NCBI RefSeq assembly: GCF_000195955.2
Contig: NC_000962.3
Span: forward strand, 1,680,001 to 1,712,000
Reading direction: 5' to 3'
Origin: Mycobacterium tuberculosis H37Rv
GTDB taxonomy: Bacteria; Actinomycetota; Actinomycetes; Mycobacteriales; Mycobacteriaceae
DNA length: 32,000 nt
A program made the position numbers and the translations under genes. Of the stretch, positions 20,229-29,643 are shown piece after piece. Position 1 is the stretch's first letter. The number at the start of each line of letters is the position of its first letter. The notes below the pieces were generated by a model, which was not told the DNA's origin, did no database searches, and saw nothing but the letters and a program-made list of their open reading frames with translations.

Positions 20229-21093
20229 TAATCTGAACCGTGTGAACGCATGCATGGATGGATTCCTTGCCCGTATCCGCTCACATGTTGATGCGCACGC
20301 GCCAGAATTGCGTTCACTGTTCGATACGATGGCGGCCGAGGCCCGATTTGCACGCGACTGGCTGTCCGAGGACCTCGCGCGGTTGCCTGTCGGTGCAGCA
20401 TTGCTGGAAGTGGGCGGGGGGGTACTTCTGCTCAGCTGTCAACTGGCGGCGGAGGGATTTGACATCACCGCCATCGAGCCGACGGGTGAAGGTTTTGGCA
20501 AGTTCAGACAGCTTGGCGACATCGTGCTGGAATTGGCTGCAGCACGACCCACCATCGCGCCATGCAAGGCGGAAGACTTTATTTCCGAGAAGCGGTTCGA
20601 CTTCGCCTTCTCGCTGAATGTGATGGAGCACATCGACCTTCCGGATGAGGCAGTCAGGCGGGTATCGGAAGTGCTGAAACCGGGGGCCAGTTACCACTTC
20701 CTGTGCCCGAATTACGTATTCCCGTACGAACCGCATTTCAATATCCCAACATTCTTCACCAAAGAGCTGACATGCCGGGTGATGCGACATCGCATCGAGG
20801 GCAATACGGGCATGGATGACCCGAAGGGAGTCTGGCGTTCGCTCAACTGGATTACGGTTCCCAAGGTGAAACGCTTTGCGGCGAAGGATGCGACGCTGAC
20901 CTTGCGCTTCCACCGTGCAATGTTGGTATGGATGCTGGAACGCGCGCTGACGGATAAGGAATTCGCTGGTCGCCGGGCACAATGGATGGTCGCTGCTATT
21001 CGCTCGGCGGTGAAATTGCGTGTGCATCATCTGGCAGGCTATGTTCCCGCTACGCTGCAGCCCATCATGGATGTGCGGCTAACGAAGAGGTAA
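20212..21093 (+). CDS. SAM-dependent methyltransferase (Rv1509-like)
   Basis: Motif I-like [27 protein letters not shown], motif II-like [13 protein letters not shown] and post-II LKPGA. GTG 20212; ATG 20254 is an alternative start. Confidence 0.8.
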   Translation: MFALSNNLNRVNACMDGFLARIRSHVDAHAPELRSLFDTMAAEARFARDWLSEDLARLPVGAALLEVGGGVLLLSCQLAAEGFDITAIEPTGEGFGKFRQLGDIVLELAAARPTIAPCKAEDFISEKRFDFAFSLNVMEHIDLPDEAVRRVSEVLKPGASYHFLCPNYVFPYEPHFNIPTFFTKELTCRVMRHRIEGNTGMDDPKGVWRSLNWITVPKVKRFAAKDATLTLRFHRAMLVWMLERALTDKEFAGRRAQWMVAAIRSAVKLRVHHLAGYVPATLQPIMDVRLTKR

Positions 21094-21097
21094 TGAC

Positions 21098-21346
21098 ATG
21101 GCGCAAGCGACATCGGGCATTCGCGCGGCACTTTCGCAACCTGCTGTGTATGAGGCGTATCAGCGGATTGCGGGCGCTAAAAGCGGGCTTGCGTGGATCA
21201 CAACCGACCCCATCCAGTCGTTGCCAGGCATGCGTACTCTCGACCTCGGTTGCTGGCCAGCGGTGATACACAGCTCCCCGCCAGTGGACGTGACATGTAC
21301 GAGAGACGGCATGAGCGCGGAATGTGCGACCGTGCCGTCGAGATGA
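21098..21346 (+). pseudogene. N-terminal stub of a class I SAM-dependent methyltransferase, truncated just after motif I
   Basis: MAQATSGIRAALSQPAVYEAYQRIAGAKSGLAWITTDPIQSLPGMRTLDLGCWPA matches the common polysaccharide-cluster methyltransferase N-terminus (l..P.vY..yQ.l.Ga......i....i....g.rvLDlGCGpg). Similarity stops at about 21255. The ATG lies 5 nt after the upstream stop with AGAGG upstream. Confidence 0.5.
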
Positions 21347-22593
21347 CCGACGTCGGCGCTACGGCAGCCCCCACCGGACCTATCGCGCGGGGCAGCGTCG
21401 CTCGGGTCGGCGCGGCGACCGCGTTGGCCGTTGCCTGCGTCTACACGGTCATCTATCTGGCGGCCCGCGACCTACCCCCGGCTTGTTTTTCGATATTCGC
21501 GGTGTTTTGGGGGGCGCTCGGCATTGCCACCGGCGCCACCCACGGCCTCCTGCAAGAAACGACCCGCGAGGTCCGCTGGGTGCGCTCCACCCAAATAGTT
21601 GCGGGCCATCGTACCCATCCGCTGCGGGTGGCCGGGATGATTGGCACCGTCGCGGCCGTCGTAATTGCGGGTAGCTCACCGCTGTGGAGCCGACAGCTAT
21701 TCGTCGAGGGGCGCTGGCTGTCCGTGGGGCTACTCAGCGTTGGGGTGGCCGGGTTCTGCGCGCAGGCGACCCTGCTGGGCGCGCTGGCCGGCGTCGACCG
21801 GTGGACACAGTACGGGTCACTGATGGTGACCGACGCGGTCATCCGGTTGGCGGTCGCCGCGGCAGCGGTTGTGATCGGATGGGGTCTGGCCGGGTACTTG
21901 TGGGCCGCCACCGCGGGAGCGGTGGCGTGGCTGCTCATGCTGATGGCCTCGCCCACCGCGCGCAGCGCGGCCAGCCTGCTGACGCCCGGGGGAATCGCCA
22001 CGTTCGTGCGCGGTGCCGCTCATTCGATAACCGCCGCGGGTGCCAGCGCGATTCTGGTAATGGGTTTCCCAGTGTTGCTCAAAGTGACCTCCGACCAGTT
22101 AGGGGCAAAGGGCGGAGCGGTCATCCTGGCTGTGACCTTGACGCGTGCGCCGCTTCTGGTCCCACTGAGCGCGATGCAAGGCAACCTGATCGCGCATTTC
22201 GTCGACCGGCGCACCCAACGGCTTCGGGCGCTGATCGCACCGGCGCTGGTCGTCGGCGGCATCGGTGCGGTCGGGATGTTGGCCGCAGGGCTTACCGGTC
22301 CCTGGTTGCTGCGTGTTGGATTCGGCCCCGACTACCAAACTGGCGGGGCGTTGCTGGCCTGGTTGACGGCAGCGGCGGTAGCTATCGCCATGCTGACGCT
22401 GACCGGCGCCGCCGCGGTCGCGGCCGCACTGCACCGGGCGTATTTGCTGGGCTGGGTCAGCGCGACGGTGGCGTCGACGCTGTTGCTGCTGCTGCCGATG
22501 CCGCTGGAGACGCGCACCGTGATCGCGCTGTTGTTCGGTCCAACGGTGGGAATCGCCATCCATGTGGCCGCGTTGGCGCGGCGACCCGACTGA
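21295..22593 (+). CDS. Polytopic membrane protein (about 12 TM), possibly a Wzx/MOP-type glycan flippase
   Basis: 432 aa from ATG 21295, almost entirely hydrophobic helices with short basic loops. The context is a sugar-transfer locus. The functional call is inference only. The longest ORF starts at 21193. Confidence 0.7.
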   Translation: MYERRHERGMCDRAVEMTDVGATAAPTGPIARGSVARVGAATALAVACVYTVIYLAARDLPPACFSIFAVFWGALGIATGATHGLLQETTREVRWVRSTQIVAGHRTHPLRVAGMIGTVAAVVIAGSSPLWSRQLFVEGRWLSVGLLSVGVAGFCAQATLLGALAGVDRWTQYGSLMVTDAVIRLAVAAAAVVIGWGLAGYLWAATAGAVAWLLMLMASPTARSAASLLTPGGIATFVRGAAHSITAAGASAILVMGFPVLLKVTSDQLGAKGGAVILAVTLTRAPLLVPLSAMQGNLIAHFVDRRTQRLRALIAPALVVGGIGAVGMLAAGLTGPWLLRVGFGPDYQTGGALLAWLTAAAVAIAMLTLTGAAAVAAALHRAYLLGWVSATVASTLLLLLPMPLETRTVIALLFGPTVGIAIHVAALARRPD

Positions 22594-22849
22594 TTTGTGC
22601 CCCAGGTCGACAAATCACGCCGTCTCGTCAGTGAGCACTCCGTCCTCGGGTCCGATCCTTCCAGGAGACGTTGCAACCTGATTTGGCTCAAATTGGTGCG
22701 CACCGAGGGTCGGGCACATCGTAGGGTCGCAACAGTCACATGTGTCACTGCACCGGGCGACACCCGATGTCCCGGCTCTCAGCGACAGCTGTCTGACCTG
22801 TGGTTTTGTTCCCAAGTTGGTCGTGGCTGTGCGGGATTGGAGGTGGCGT

Positions 22850-23657
22850 GGGGGTCGCGTCGTATGGATTCTCCTCCTCGGTTCCGCGCGAAACGGCCGC
22901 AGGCGCAATGGTCACCAACTTGGCCGCGGTGGAGTCTAGCCTCACATTTTCCTGGTCGCCCCCGACAACCAGGAGGTCGCTGCAGAACGGGCGTTCCCTA
23001 CCCACATCTACTATGAAGCGACAGCGGCGCCCCGCTGTGATGGCTGAGCATGACCGACAGAGGCGGGAAGACAGTGAAGCGAGCGCTCATCACCGGAATC
23101 ACCGGCCAGGACGGCTCGTATCTCGCCGAACTGCTGCTGGCCAAGGGGTATGAGGTTCACGGGCTCATCCGGCGCGCTTCGACGTTCAACACCTCGCGGA
23201 TCGATCACCTCTACGTCGACCCGCACCAACCGGGCGCGCGGCTGTTTCTGCACTATGGTGACCTGATCGACGGAACCCGGTTGGTGACCCTGCTGAGCAC
23301 CATCGAACCCGACGAGGTGTACAACCTGGCGGCGCAGTCACACGTGCGGGTGAGCTTCGACGAACCCGTGCACACCGGTGACACCACCGGCATGGGATCC
23401 ATGCGACTGCTGGAAGCCGTTCGGCTCTCTCGGGTGCACTGCCGCTTCTATCAGGCGTCCTCGTCGGAGATGTTCGGCGCCTCGCCGCCACCGCAGAACG
23501 AGCTGACGCCGTTCTACCCGCGGTCACCGTATGGCGCCGCCAAGGTCTATTCGTACTGGGCGACCCGCAATTATCGCGAAGCGTACGGATTGTTCGCCGT
23601 TAACGGCATCTTGTTCAATCACGAATCACCGCGGCGCGGTGAGACGTTCGTGACCCG
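22850..23657 (+). repeat. Direct-repeat copy B (intact): gmdA upstream region plus first about 195 codons
   Basis: Partner of 19641-20077; see that feature for the shared strings. Confidence 0.85.
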
Positions 23658-24096
23658 AAAGATCACCAGGGCCGTGGCACGCATCAAGGCCGGTATCCAG
23701 TCCGAGGTCTATATGGGCAATCTGGATGCGGTCCGCGACTGGGGGTACGCGCCCGAATACGTCGAAGGCATGTGGCGGATGCTGCAGACCGACGAGCCCG
23801 ACGACTTCGTTTTGGCGACCGGGCGCGGTTTCACCGTGCGTGAGTTCGCGCGGGCCGCGTTCGAGCATGCCGGTTTGGACTGGCAGCAGTACGTGAAATT
23901 CGACCAACGCTATCTGCGGCCCACCGAGGTGGATTCGCTGATCGGCGACGCGACCAAGGCTGCCGAATTGCTGGGCTGGAGGGCTTCGGTGCACACTGAC
24001 GAGTTGGCTCGGATCATGGTCGACGCGGACATGGCGGCGCTGGAGTGCGAAGGCAAGCCGTGGATCGACAAGCCGATGATCGCCGGCCGGACATGA
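23074..24096 (+). CDS. gmdA: GDP-D-mannose 4,6-dehydratase
   Basis: [30 protein letters not shown] (SDR Rossmann GxxGxxG), catalytic region [12 protein letters not shown] (YxxxK) and [23 protein letters not shown] 23074. Confidence 0.95.
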   Translation: MKRALITGITGQDGSYLAELLLAKGYEVHGLIRRASTFNTSRIDHLYVDPHQPGARLFLHYGDLIDGTRLVTLLSTIEPDEVYNLAAQSHVRVSFDEPVHTGDTTGMGSMRLLEAVRLSRVHCRFYQASSSEMFGASPPPQNELTPFYPRSPYGAAKVYSYWATRNYREAYGLFAVNGILFNHESPRRGETFVTRKITRAVARIKAGIQSEVYMGNLDAVRDWGYAPEYVEGMWRMLQTDEPDDFVLATGRGFTVREFARAAFEHAGLDWQQYVKFDQRYLRPTEVDSLIGDATKAAELLGWRASVHTDELARIMVDADMAALECEGKPWIDKPMIAGRT

Positions 24097-25061
24097 ACGC
24101 GCACACCTCGGTCGGCCCGCTTGACCGCGCGGCCCGGGTCTACATCGCCGGGCATCGCGGCCTGGTCGGGTCCGCGCTGCTACGCACGTTTGCGGGCGCG
24201 GGGTTCACCAACCTGCTGGTGCGGTCACGCGCCGAGCTTGATCTGACGGATCGGGCCGCGACGTTCGACTTCGTTCTCGAGTCGAGGCCGCAGGTCGTCA
24301 TCGACGCGGCGGCCCGGGTCGGCGGCATCCTGGCCAACGACACCTACCCGGCCGATTTCCTGTCGGAAAACCTCCAGATCCAGGTCAACCTGCTGGATGC
24401 CGCCGTGGCGGCGCGGGTGCCGCGGCTGCTGTTCCTGGGCTCGTCGTGCATCTACCCGAAACTCGCCCCGCAGCCGATCCCGGAGAGCGCGCTGCTCACC
24501 GGTCCGTTGGAGCCGACCAACGACGCGTACGCGATCGCCAAAATCGCCGGCATCCTTGCGGTCCAGGCGGTGCGCCGCCAACATGGCCTGCCGTGGATCT
24601 CGGCGATGCCCACCAACCTGTACGGGCCAGGCGACAACTTTTCGCCGTCCGGCTCGCATCTGCTGCCGGCACTCATCCGCCGCTATGACGAGGCCAAAGC
24701 CAGTGGCGCGCCCAACGTGACCAACTGGGGCACCGGCACGCCCCGACGGGAGTTGCTGCACGTCGACGACCTGGCGAGCGCATGCCTGTATCTGCTGGAA
24801 CATTTCGACGGGCCGACCCATGTCAACGTGGGAACCGGCATCGACCACACCATCGGCGAGATCGCCGAGATGGTCGCCTCGGCGGTAGGCTATAGCGGCG
24901 AAACCCGCTGGGATCCAAGCAAACCGGACGGAACACCACGCAAACTGCTGGATGTTTCGGTGCTACGGGAGGCGGGATGGCGGCCTTCGATCGCGCTGCG
25001 CGACGGCATCGAGGCGACGGTGGCGTGGTATCGCGAGCACGCGGGAACGGTTCGGCAATGA
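24093..25061 (+). CDS. epiA: GDP-L-fucose synthase (GDP-4-keto-6-deoxy-D-mannose 3,5-epimerase/4-reductase)
   Basis: [15 protein letters not shown] Rossmann motif, LGSSCIYP and [11 protein letters not shown] (S...YxxxK), and [15 protein letters not shown] overlap with the gmdA stop. Confidence 0.9.
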   Translation: MNAHTSVGPLDRAARVYIAGHRGLVGSALLRTFAGAGFTNLLVRSRAELDLTDRAATFDFVLESRPQVVIDAAARVGGILANDTYPADFLSENLQIQVNLLDAAVAARVPRLLFLGSSCIYPKLAPQPIPESALLTGPLEPTNDAYAIAKIAGILAVQAVRRQHGLPWISAMPTNLYGPGDNFSPSGSHLLPALIRRYDEAKASGAPNVTNWGTGTPRRELLHVDDLASACLYLLEHFDGPTHVNVGTGIDHTIGEIAEMVASAVGYSGETRWDPSKPDGTPRKLLDVSVLREAGWRPSIALRDGIEATVAWYREHAGTVRQ

Positions 25062-25789
25062 GGCTGGCCCGTCGCGCTCGGAACATCTTGCGTCGCAACG
25101 GCATCGAGGTGTCGCGCTACTTTGCCGAACTGGACTGGGAACGCAATTTCTTGCGCCAACTGCAATCGCATCGGGTCAGTGCCGTGCTCGATGTCGGGGC
25201 CAATTCGGGGCAGTACGCCAGGGGTCTGCGCGGCGCGGGCTTCGCGGGCCGCATCGTCTCGTTCGAGCCGCTGCCCGGGCCCTTTGCCGTCTTGCAGCGC
25301 AGCGCCTCCACGGACCCGTTGTGGGAATGCCGGCGCTGTGCGCTGGGCGATGTCGATGGAACCATCTCGATCAACGTCGCCGGCAACGAGGGCGCCAGCA
25401 GTTCCGTCTTGCCGATGTTGAAACGACATCAGGACGCCTTTCCACCAGCCAACTACGTGGGCGCCCAACGGGTGCCGATACATCGACTCGATTCCGTGGC
25501 TGCAGACGTTCTGCGGCCCAACGATATTGCGTTCTTGAAGATCGACGTTCAAGGATTCGAGAAGCAGGTGATCGCGGGTGGCGATTCAACGGTGCACGAC
25601 CGATGCGTCGGCATGCAGCTCGAGCTGTCTTTCCAGCCGTTGTACGAGGGTGGCATGCTCATCCGCGAGGCGCTCGATCTCGTGGATTCGTTGGGCTTTA
25701 CGCTCTCGGGATTGCAACCCGGTTTCACCGACCCCCGCAACGGTCGAATGCTGCAGGCCGATGGCATCTTCTTCCGGGGCAGCGATTGA
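25058..25789 (+). CDS. FkbM-family methyltransferase
   Basis: VLDVGANSGQYA (FkbM motif I variant) and FLKIDVQGFE (typical FkbM motif). ATGA overlap with the epiA stop. Confidence 0.85.
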   Translation: MRLARRARNILRRNGIEVSRYFAELDWERNFLRQLQSHRVSAVLDVGANSGQYARGLRGAGFAGRIVSFEPLPGPFAVLQRSASTDPLWECRRCALGDVDGTISINVAGNEGASSSVLPMLKRHQDAFPPANYVGAQRVPIHRLDSVAADVLRPNDIAFLKIDVQGFEKQVIAGGDSTVHDRCVGMQLELSFQPLYEGGMLIREALDLVDSLGFTLSGLQPGFTDPRNGRMLQADGIFFRGSD

Positions 25790-25807
25790 CGCGCCGGCGC
25801 GTCAATC
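25784..25807. terminator. Perfect 24-nt GC-rich palindrome between convergent genes (candidate bidirectional terminator hairpin)
   Basis: gattgacgcgccggcgcgtcaatc is its own reverse complement. It contains the TGA of the FkbM gene (25787-25789) and touches the TAG of the convergent GT2 gene (25807-25809). There is no clear U-tract. Confidence 0.5.
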
Positions 25808-26595
25808 TATTTCGACATTCGCGTGAAGACGTTTTCCCAGAATCGACTGTTGTAGGCGTAGAACTCCCGGCCGCGTAGGTAGGCATGTGATATTCGCCTT
25901 CCCCCGAACGGGTAGCGGCGATGAAGGTCGCCCATGCGGCGCAGATCACCGAAGACCGCGCTTGGTTCCCGGTGCGAGCCGACGCCCGTGGTGTCGAACT
26001 CGCACAGCACACACCGAATCGTGACCGGCTCGCATACCAGCGCGGCCCGCAATATGAATTCCTGGTCGGCGGCGATCCCGAAATCAAGGTCGTAGCCACC
26101 GATCTTGGCCACCAGCGATGATCCGAAGAACGATGCTTGATGCGGAACAACCTGCTTGCCGGCCAGGAATTTGCGCAGGCTGAAAGGTATCGGGCCGCGC
26201 ACCCGATCGAGCCCGACGAGACGATCCATCCCGAAGCCCCACAATTCGGACACCGGTCCCTTGCCGGATAGCGCCTCCACGGCCTGGGCTACCACGTCGG
26301 GCCCGGAAAAACGATCGGCGGAGTGCAAGAACCACAACAGATCACCCGATGCGTGCGCGATGCCCTGGTTCATCGCGTCGTACCGCCCGCCGTCGGGCTC
26401 GGACTGCCAATACGCGAAGCCTGGTTCACACCCGGACAGGTATGCCACCACGTCGTCGCCGCTGCCACCGTCGATTACGATGTGCTCGATGCGTCCCCGG
26501 TAGCGTTGCGCCCGCACACTTTTCACCGTGCGCTGCAACCCGTCGAGGTCGTTGAACGAGATCGTTATCACCGAGACGGTCGGAGCAGACGTCAC
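25807..26595 (-). CDS. GT2-family glycosyltransferase
   Basis: VSVITISFNDLDGLQRTVKSVRAQRY...IEHIVIDGGSGDD...NQGIAHASGDLLWFLHSAD gives the GT-A fold signatures. GTG start. Confidence 0.85.
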   Translation of the reverse strand: MTSAPTVSVITISFNDLDGLQRTVKSVRAQRYRGRIEHIVIDGGSGDDVVAYLSGCEPGFAYWQSEPDGGRYDAMNQGIAHASGDLLWFLHSADRFSGPDVVAQAVEALSGKGPVSELWGFGMDRLVGLDRVRGPIPFSLRKFLAGKQVVPHQASFFGSSLVAKIGGYDLDFGIAADQEFILRAALVCEPVTIRCVLCEFDTTGVGSHREPSAVFGDLRRMGDLHRRYPFGGRRISHAYLRGREFYAYNSRFWENVFTRMSK

Positions 26596-26629
26596 CGAGT
26601 TCCCCTAGGTTGCTGGCGGCGATTGTGGA

Positions 26630-27526
26630 TCACCGGGTCTTGATACCGATGAAGGTGCCTCGAAGATTCGCCGCATAGGAACCTCCGAGCAACGACTCGG
26701 CGATGCTTGGTTCCAAGTTGTCGTACTCCTCCATCACCAGGTCGACGCCGACGTCTTTGATGGCCTGAAGTAGGTGCTCGCGTTGAATCCAGAATGACCG
26801 GCGATTGTCCCAGGACGCCCATTTTGCGGTGTCGCGCTGGCCAAACGAGCGGTCGTCGGAAAACTCGGTAAACCACCTACCGGGAAGTCCCTCATGTTCG
26901 GTGGGCGCCGAGAGCATGAACTTCACCGGCGCCGGCCGCCGCAGCAACCGATCGGTCAATTGTCGTGCCGTCGTGGGCAACCGGAGCCATTTATCGCTCC
27001 GGTTGATGATCGAGAAGTGCGTCTGGAGAATCAGCAGCTTGTTCGTTACCGACGAGAGGGTTTCCAGGTATTGCTTCGGATTCTCCAGGTGGTAGAAGAG
27101 GCCGCAGCAGAAGACGGTATCGAAGAGCCCGTGGTTGGCGATGTTGAGGGCGTTGTCGTGGACGAACCGGAGATTCGGCAGGTTGGTCTTCGATTTGATG
27201 TAGTTGCAGGCCGCCATGTTCAGCTCGCGAACCTCGATCCCGAGGACCTGAAATCCCATGCGCGCGAACCCGACCGCGTACCCGCCTTCCAAGCAGCCGA
27301 CATCGGCCAGGCGTAGGTGGCTCTTGTCCCCGGGAAAGACGGTTTCCAGAATCCCGCGCGCCGAGATGAACCAGGACGATTCGTCTAACGTGCGCGAGGA
27401 CTCCGGTATCGTCAAGGTTCCGTCGTCGAGGCGAACGTTGTGGGCGGTGAATTGTACCGCGCCGGCCGAATGTTCCTGTGCCATCACTTGGTTAGCCCCT
27501 TCGGCTGGTCCTGGGTTTGTCGACAT
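26630..27526 (-). CDS. Class I SAM-dependent methyltransferase
   Basis: Motif I variant LADVGCLEGGYAVGFARMG, then FDTVFCCGLFYHLENP. ATG 27526 lies 2 nt downstream of the preceding gene stop. The longest ORF reaches 27616. Confidence 0.8.
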   Translation of the reverse strand: MSTNPGPAEGANQVMAQEHSAGAVQFTAHNVRLDDGTLTIPESSRTLDESSWFISARGILETVFPGDKSHLRLADVGCLEGGYAVGFARMGFQVLGIEVRELNMAACNYIKSKTNLPNLRFVHDNALNIANHGLFDTVFCCGLFYHLENPKQYLETLSSVTNKLLILQTHFSIINRSDKWLRLPTTARQLTDRLLRRPAPVKFMLSAPTEHEGLPGRWFTEFSDDRSFGQRDTAKWASWDNRRSFWIQREHLLQAIKDVGVDLVMEEYDNLEPSIAESLLGGSYAANLRGTFIGIKTR

Positions 27527-27528
27527 GG

Positions 27529-28539
27529 TCAGGCTCGACAGCCGCGTCGGAGCCGGGAGGGCCACACATCCACGAGCCCCCTGCGGCTCGGCGTCGCGGC
27601 GGCGAGCTTGCGCCACTGGGTCTTGAGCCGCCGCGCGGGTGTCGCCCCGCGGTGCTGCAGCGCCAGCATGGCGATCCGGGGATGGCGCGCGATGGTTTCC
27701 TGCAGCGCGGCGCGCCCCTCCGGGCCTGGAACGTTGGCGATCTGGCGAAGGATCCAGTCGGCCATGACGGCGATGAGCTCCTCGCGCGCGGGGTCTCCCG
27801 GGAACAGGTCGAGCATCGCGTCAAACGTCGCCGCATGCCCCGGACCCTGCGTCAACCAGAACTTTGGCGGGTCCACCACCTGGTTGTGCCACATGCCTTG
27901 GGCGTGGCGGCGATACACGGCCATGGTGTCGGGCAACATGGCGATGTCGCCATGCACCGCGTGCCGGACGTGCAGATACCAGTCCAGGGGCATGACGTCG
28001 GCAGGAATGTCGTCGTAGCGCTCGAGGCGACGGTACACGGCCGAGTTGGTCTGGATGAAGTTCATCAAGATCAACGCATCCAGGCTCAAGTTGCCCCGCA
28101 CCCGAACCGGGGGGAACTTCGAGTCCTTGGCATGGCCGTCCTCCCATATCACTCGGACGGGATGGAAGCACACCGTCGTCTTGGGGTGCCGGTCGAGGAA
28201 TGCGACCTGTTTGCTTAGCTTCAGCGGATCGATCCAGTAGTCGTCCGCCTCGCACAACGCGACGTACTCGCCGCGAGCGGCCGACAGGGCGCCGGTCAGG
28301 TTCCCATTGAGGCCGAGGTTTTCGGTCCTGAAGATCGGCCGGAACACGTGCGGGTACCGCTCGGCGTACTCACGGATGATCGCCGGGGTGGCATCGGTCG
28401 ACGCGTCGTCGGCGACGATGATCTCCACCGGGAAGTCGGTTTGCTGGTCGAGAAAGCTGTCGAAGGCCTGACGGGCGTAGCCCGCCTGGTTGTGAGTGGT
28501 CGAGACGATGCTCACCTTGGGGCAAAGCTGGGGACTCAC
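27529..28539 (-). CDS. GT2-family glycosyltransferase (paralog of the gene at 31028)
   Basis: VSIVSTTHNQAGYARQAFDSFLDQQTDFPVEIIVADDASTDATPAII...ALCEADDYW. GTG 28539; the longest ORF reaches 28650. Confidence 0.85.
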   Translation of the reverse strand: MSPQLCPKVSIVSTTHNQAGYARQAFDSFLDQQTDFPVEIIVADDASTDATPAIIREYAERYPHVFRPIFRTENLGLNGNLTGALSAARGEYVALCEADDYWIDPLKLSKQVAFLDRHPKTTVCFHPVRVIWEDGHAKDSKFPPVRVRGNLSLDALILMNFIQTNSAVYRRLERYDDIPADVMPLDWYLHVRHAVHGDIAMLPDTMAVYRRHAQGMWHNQVVDPPKFWLTQGPGHAATFDAMLDLFPGDPAREELIAVMADWILRQIANVPGPEGRAALQETIARHPRIAMLALQHRGATPARRLKTQWRKLAAATPSRRGLVDVWPSRLRRGCRA

Positions 28540-28870
28540 CGTCGGCCCTTTTCCTGCGCGGCCGCAAGGGTATTGCGATGGCGAACGTGAATCGCCTGTG
28601 CCCGCCGGCCGTCGGCCGTCGTGGCCTGGTGGTCGGCGGACGTACGGCACACGCTGGCGAAGTATAGCGAGGGTGCACTGACGTTGGGCTCGAACCGCGT
28701 GGCGCGCGGTGTGGGCGCACCGTCTCGAGTCGGTGCTGGTTGGCTCGCGGCCTACAACGGCGCTCTCCGCGGCGCGGGCGTACCGGATATCTTAGCTGGT
28801 CAATAGCCATTTTTCAGCAATTTCTCAGTAACGCTACGGGGCGCGCCGTGCCGTAGTAGCGTCCCCACTG

Positions 28871-29635
28871 ATGTGGACGATGGTGCTCCTTTTGGGGTTG
28901 GGGATGGCGATTGACCCGGCGCGTCTGGGACTCGCGGTCGTCATGCTGTCGCGGCGTCGGCCCATGCTGAATCTGTTCGCCTTCTGGGTGGGCGGCATGG
29001 TGGCGGGTGTCGGCATCGCGCTAGCCGTGCTGGTGTTCATGCGCGATGTCGCCTTGGCGGCCATACAAGGCGTGGTGTCCGCGGCCAACGAGTTCAGGGA
29101 AGCGGTCGGGATCCTGGCGGGTGGGCGTCTGCACATCGTCATCGGTGTCATCATGCTGCTGTTGGCCGCGCGCATGGTGGCTCGCGCGCGGGCGCAGGTA
29201 GGGGTACCGGTAGGGCCAGTGGGGGTAGCCGACGGTGGAATGTCGGCCCTGGCGCTAGCGCAGCGCCCCCCGGGTCTTGTTGCGCGGCTGGAAGTGCGTA
29301 CTCAACAGATGCTGCAGGGCGACGTTGTGTGGCCGGCGTTCGTGGTGGGCGTCGCCTCGTCCGCACCGCCCTTCGAGAGTGTGGTGGCGTTGACGGTCAT
29401 CATGGCATCGGGAGCCGAGATCGGCACTCAGCTCGGCGCATTTGTCGTGTTCACCCTCCTGGTGCTTGCGGTCATCGAGATTCCGTTGGTCGCCTACCTG
29501 GCGATACCGCAGCAAACCCAGCAGGTTATGCTGCGGTTTCAGGATTGGGTACGGTCCAATCGTCGGCAGATCTCCCTCACCATCCTGATAGGGGTCGGGT
29601 TCCTCTTTTTGTACCAGGGCGTGACTAGTCTCTGA
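28871..29635 (+). CDS. GAP-family (DUF2910, Gap-like glycolipid export associated) integral membrane protein
   Basis: 254 aa, about 6 TM helices. The N-terminus [37 protein letters not shown] is typical of the family. The link to glycolipid export is from my recollection of the M. smegmatis Gap literature. Confidence 0.7.
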   Translation: MWTMVLLLGLGMAIDPARLGLAVVMLSRRRPMLNLFAFWVGGMVAGVGIALAVLVFMRDVALAAIQGVVSAANEFREAVGILAGGRLHIVIGVIMLLLAARMVARARAQVGVPVGPVGVADGGMSALALAQRPPGLVARLEVRTQQMLQGDVVWPAFVVGVASSAPPFESVVALTVIMASGAEIGTQLGAFVVFTLLVLAVIEIPLVAYLAIPQQTQQVMLRFQDWVRSNRRQISLTILIGVGFLFLYQGVTSL

Positions 29636-29643
29636 GTCGCCAT

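Noticed and set aside
21684-22634. 316-aa plus-strand ORF in an alternative frame of the membrane protein gene
   Set aside because: Its Arg/Gly-rich translation has no hydrophobic structure. The overlapping frame gives a coherent 12-TM protein.
24952-25878. 308-aa plus-strand ORF spanning the epiA/FkbM junction in another frame
   Set aside because: It has low-complexity Arg-rich translation, and the two overlapping frames have clear family motifs.
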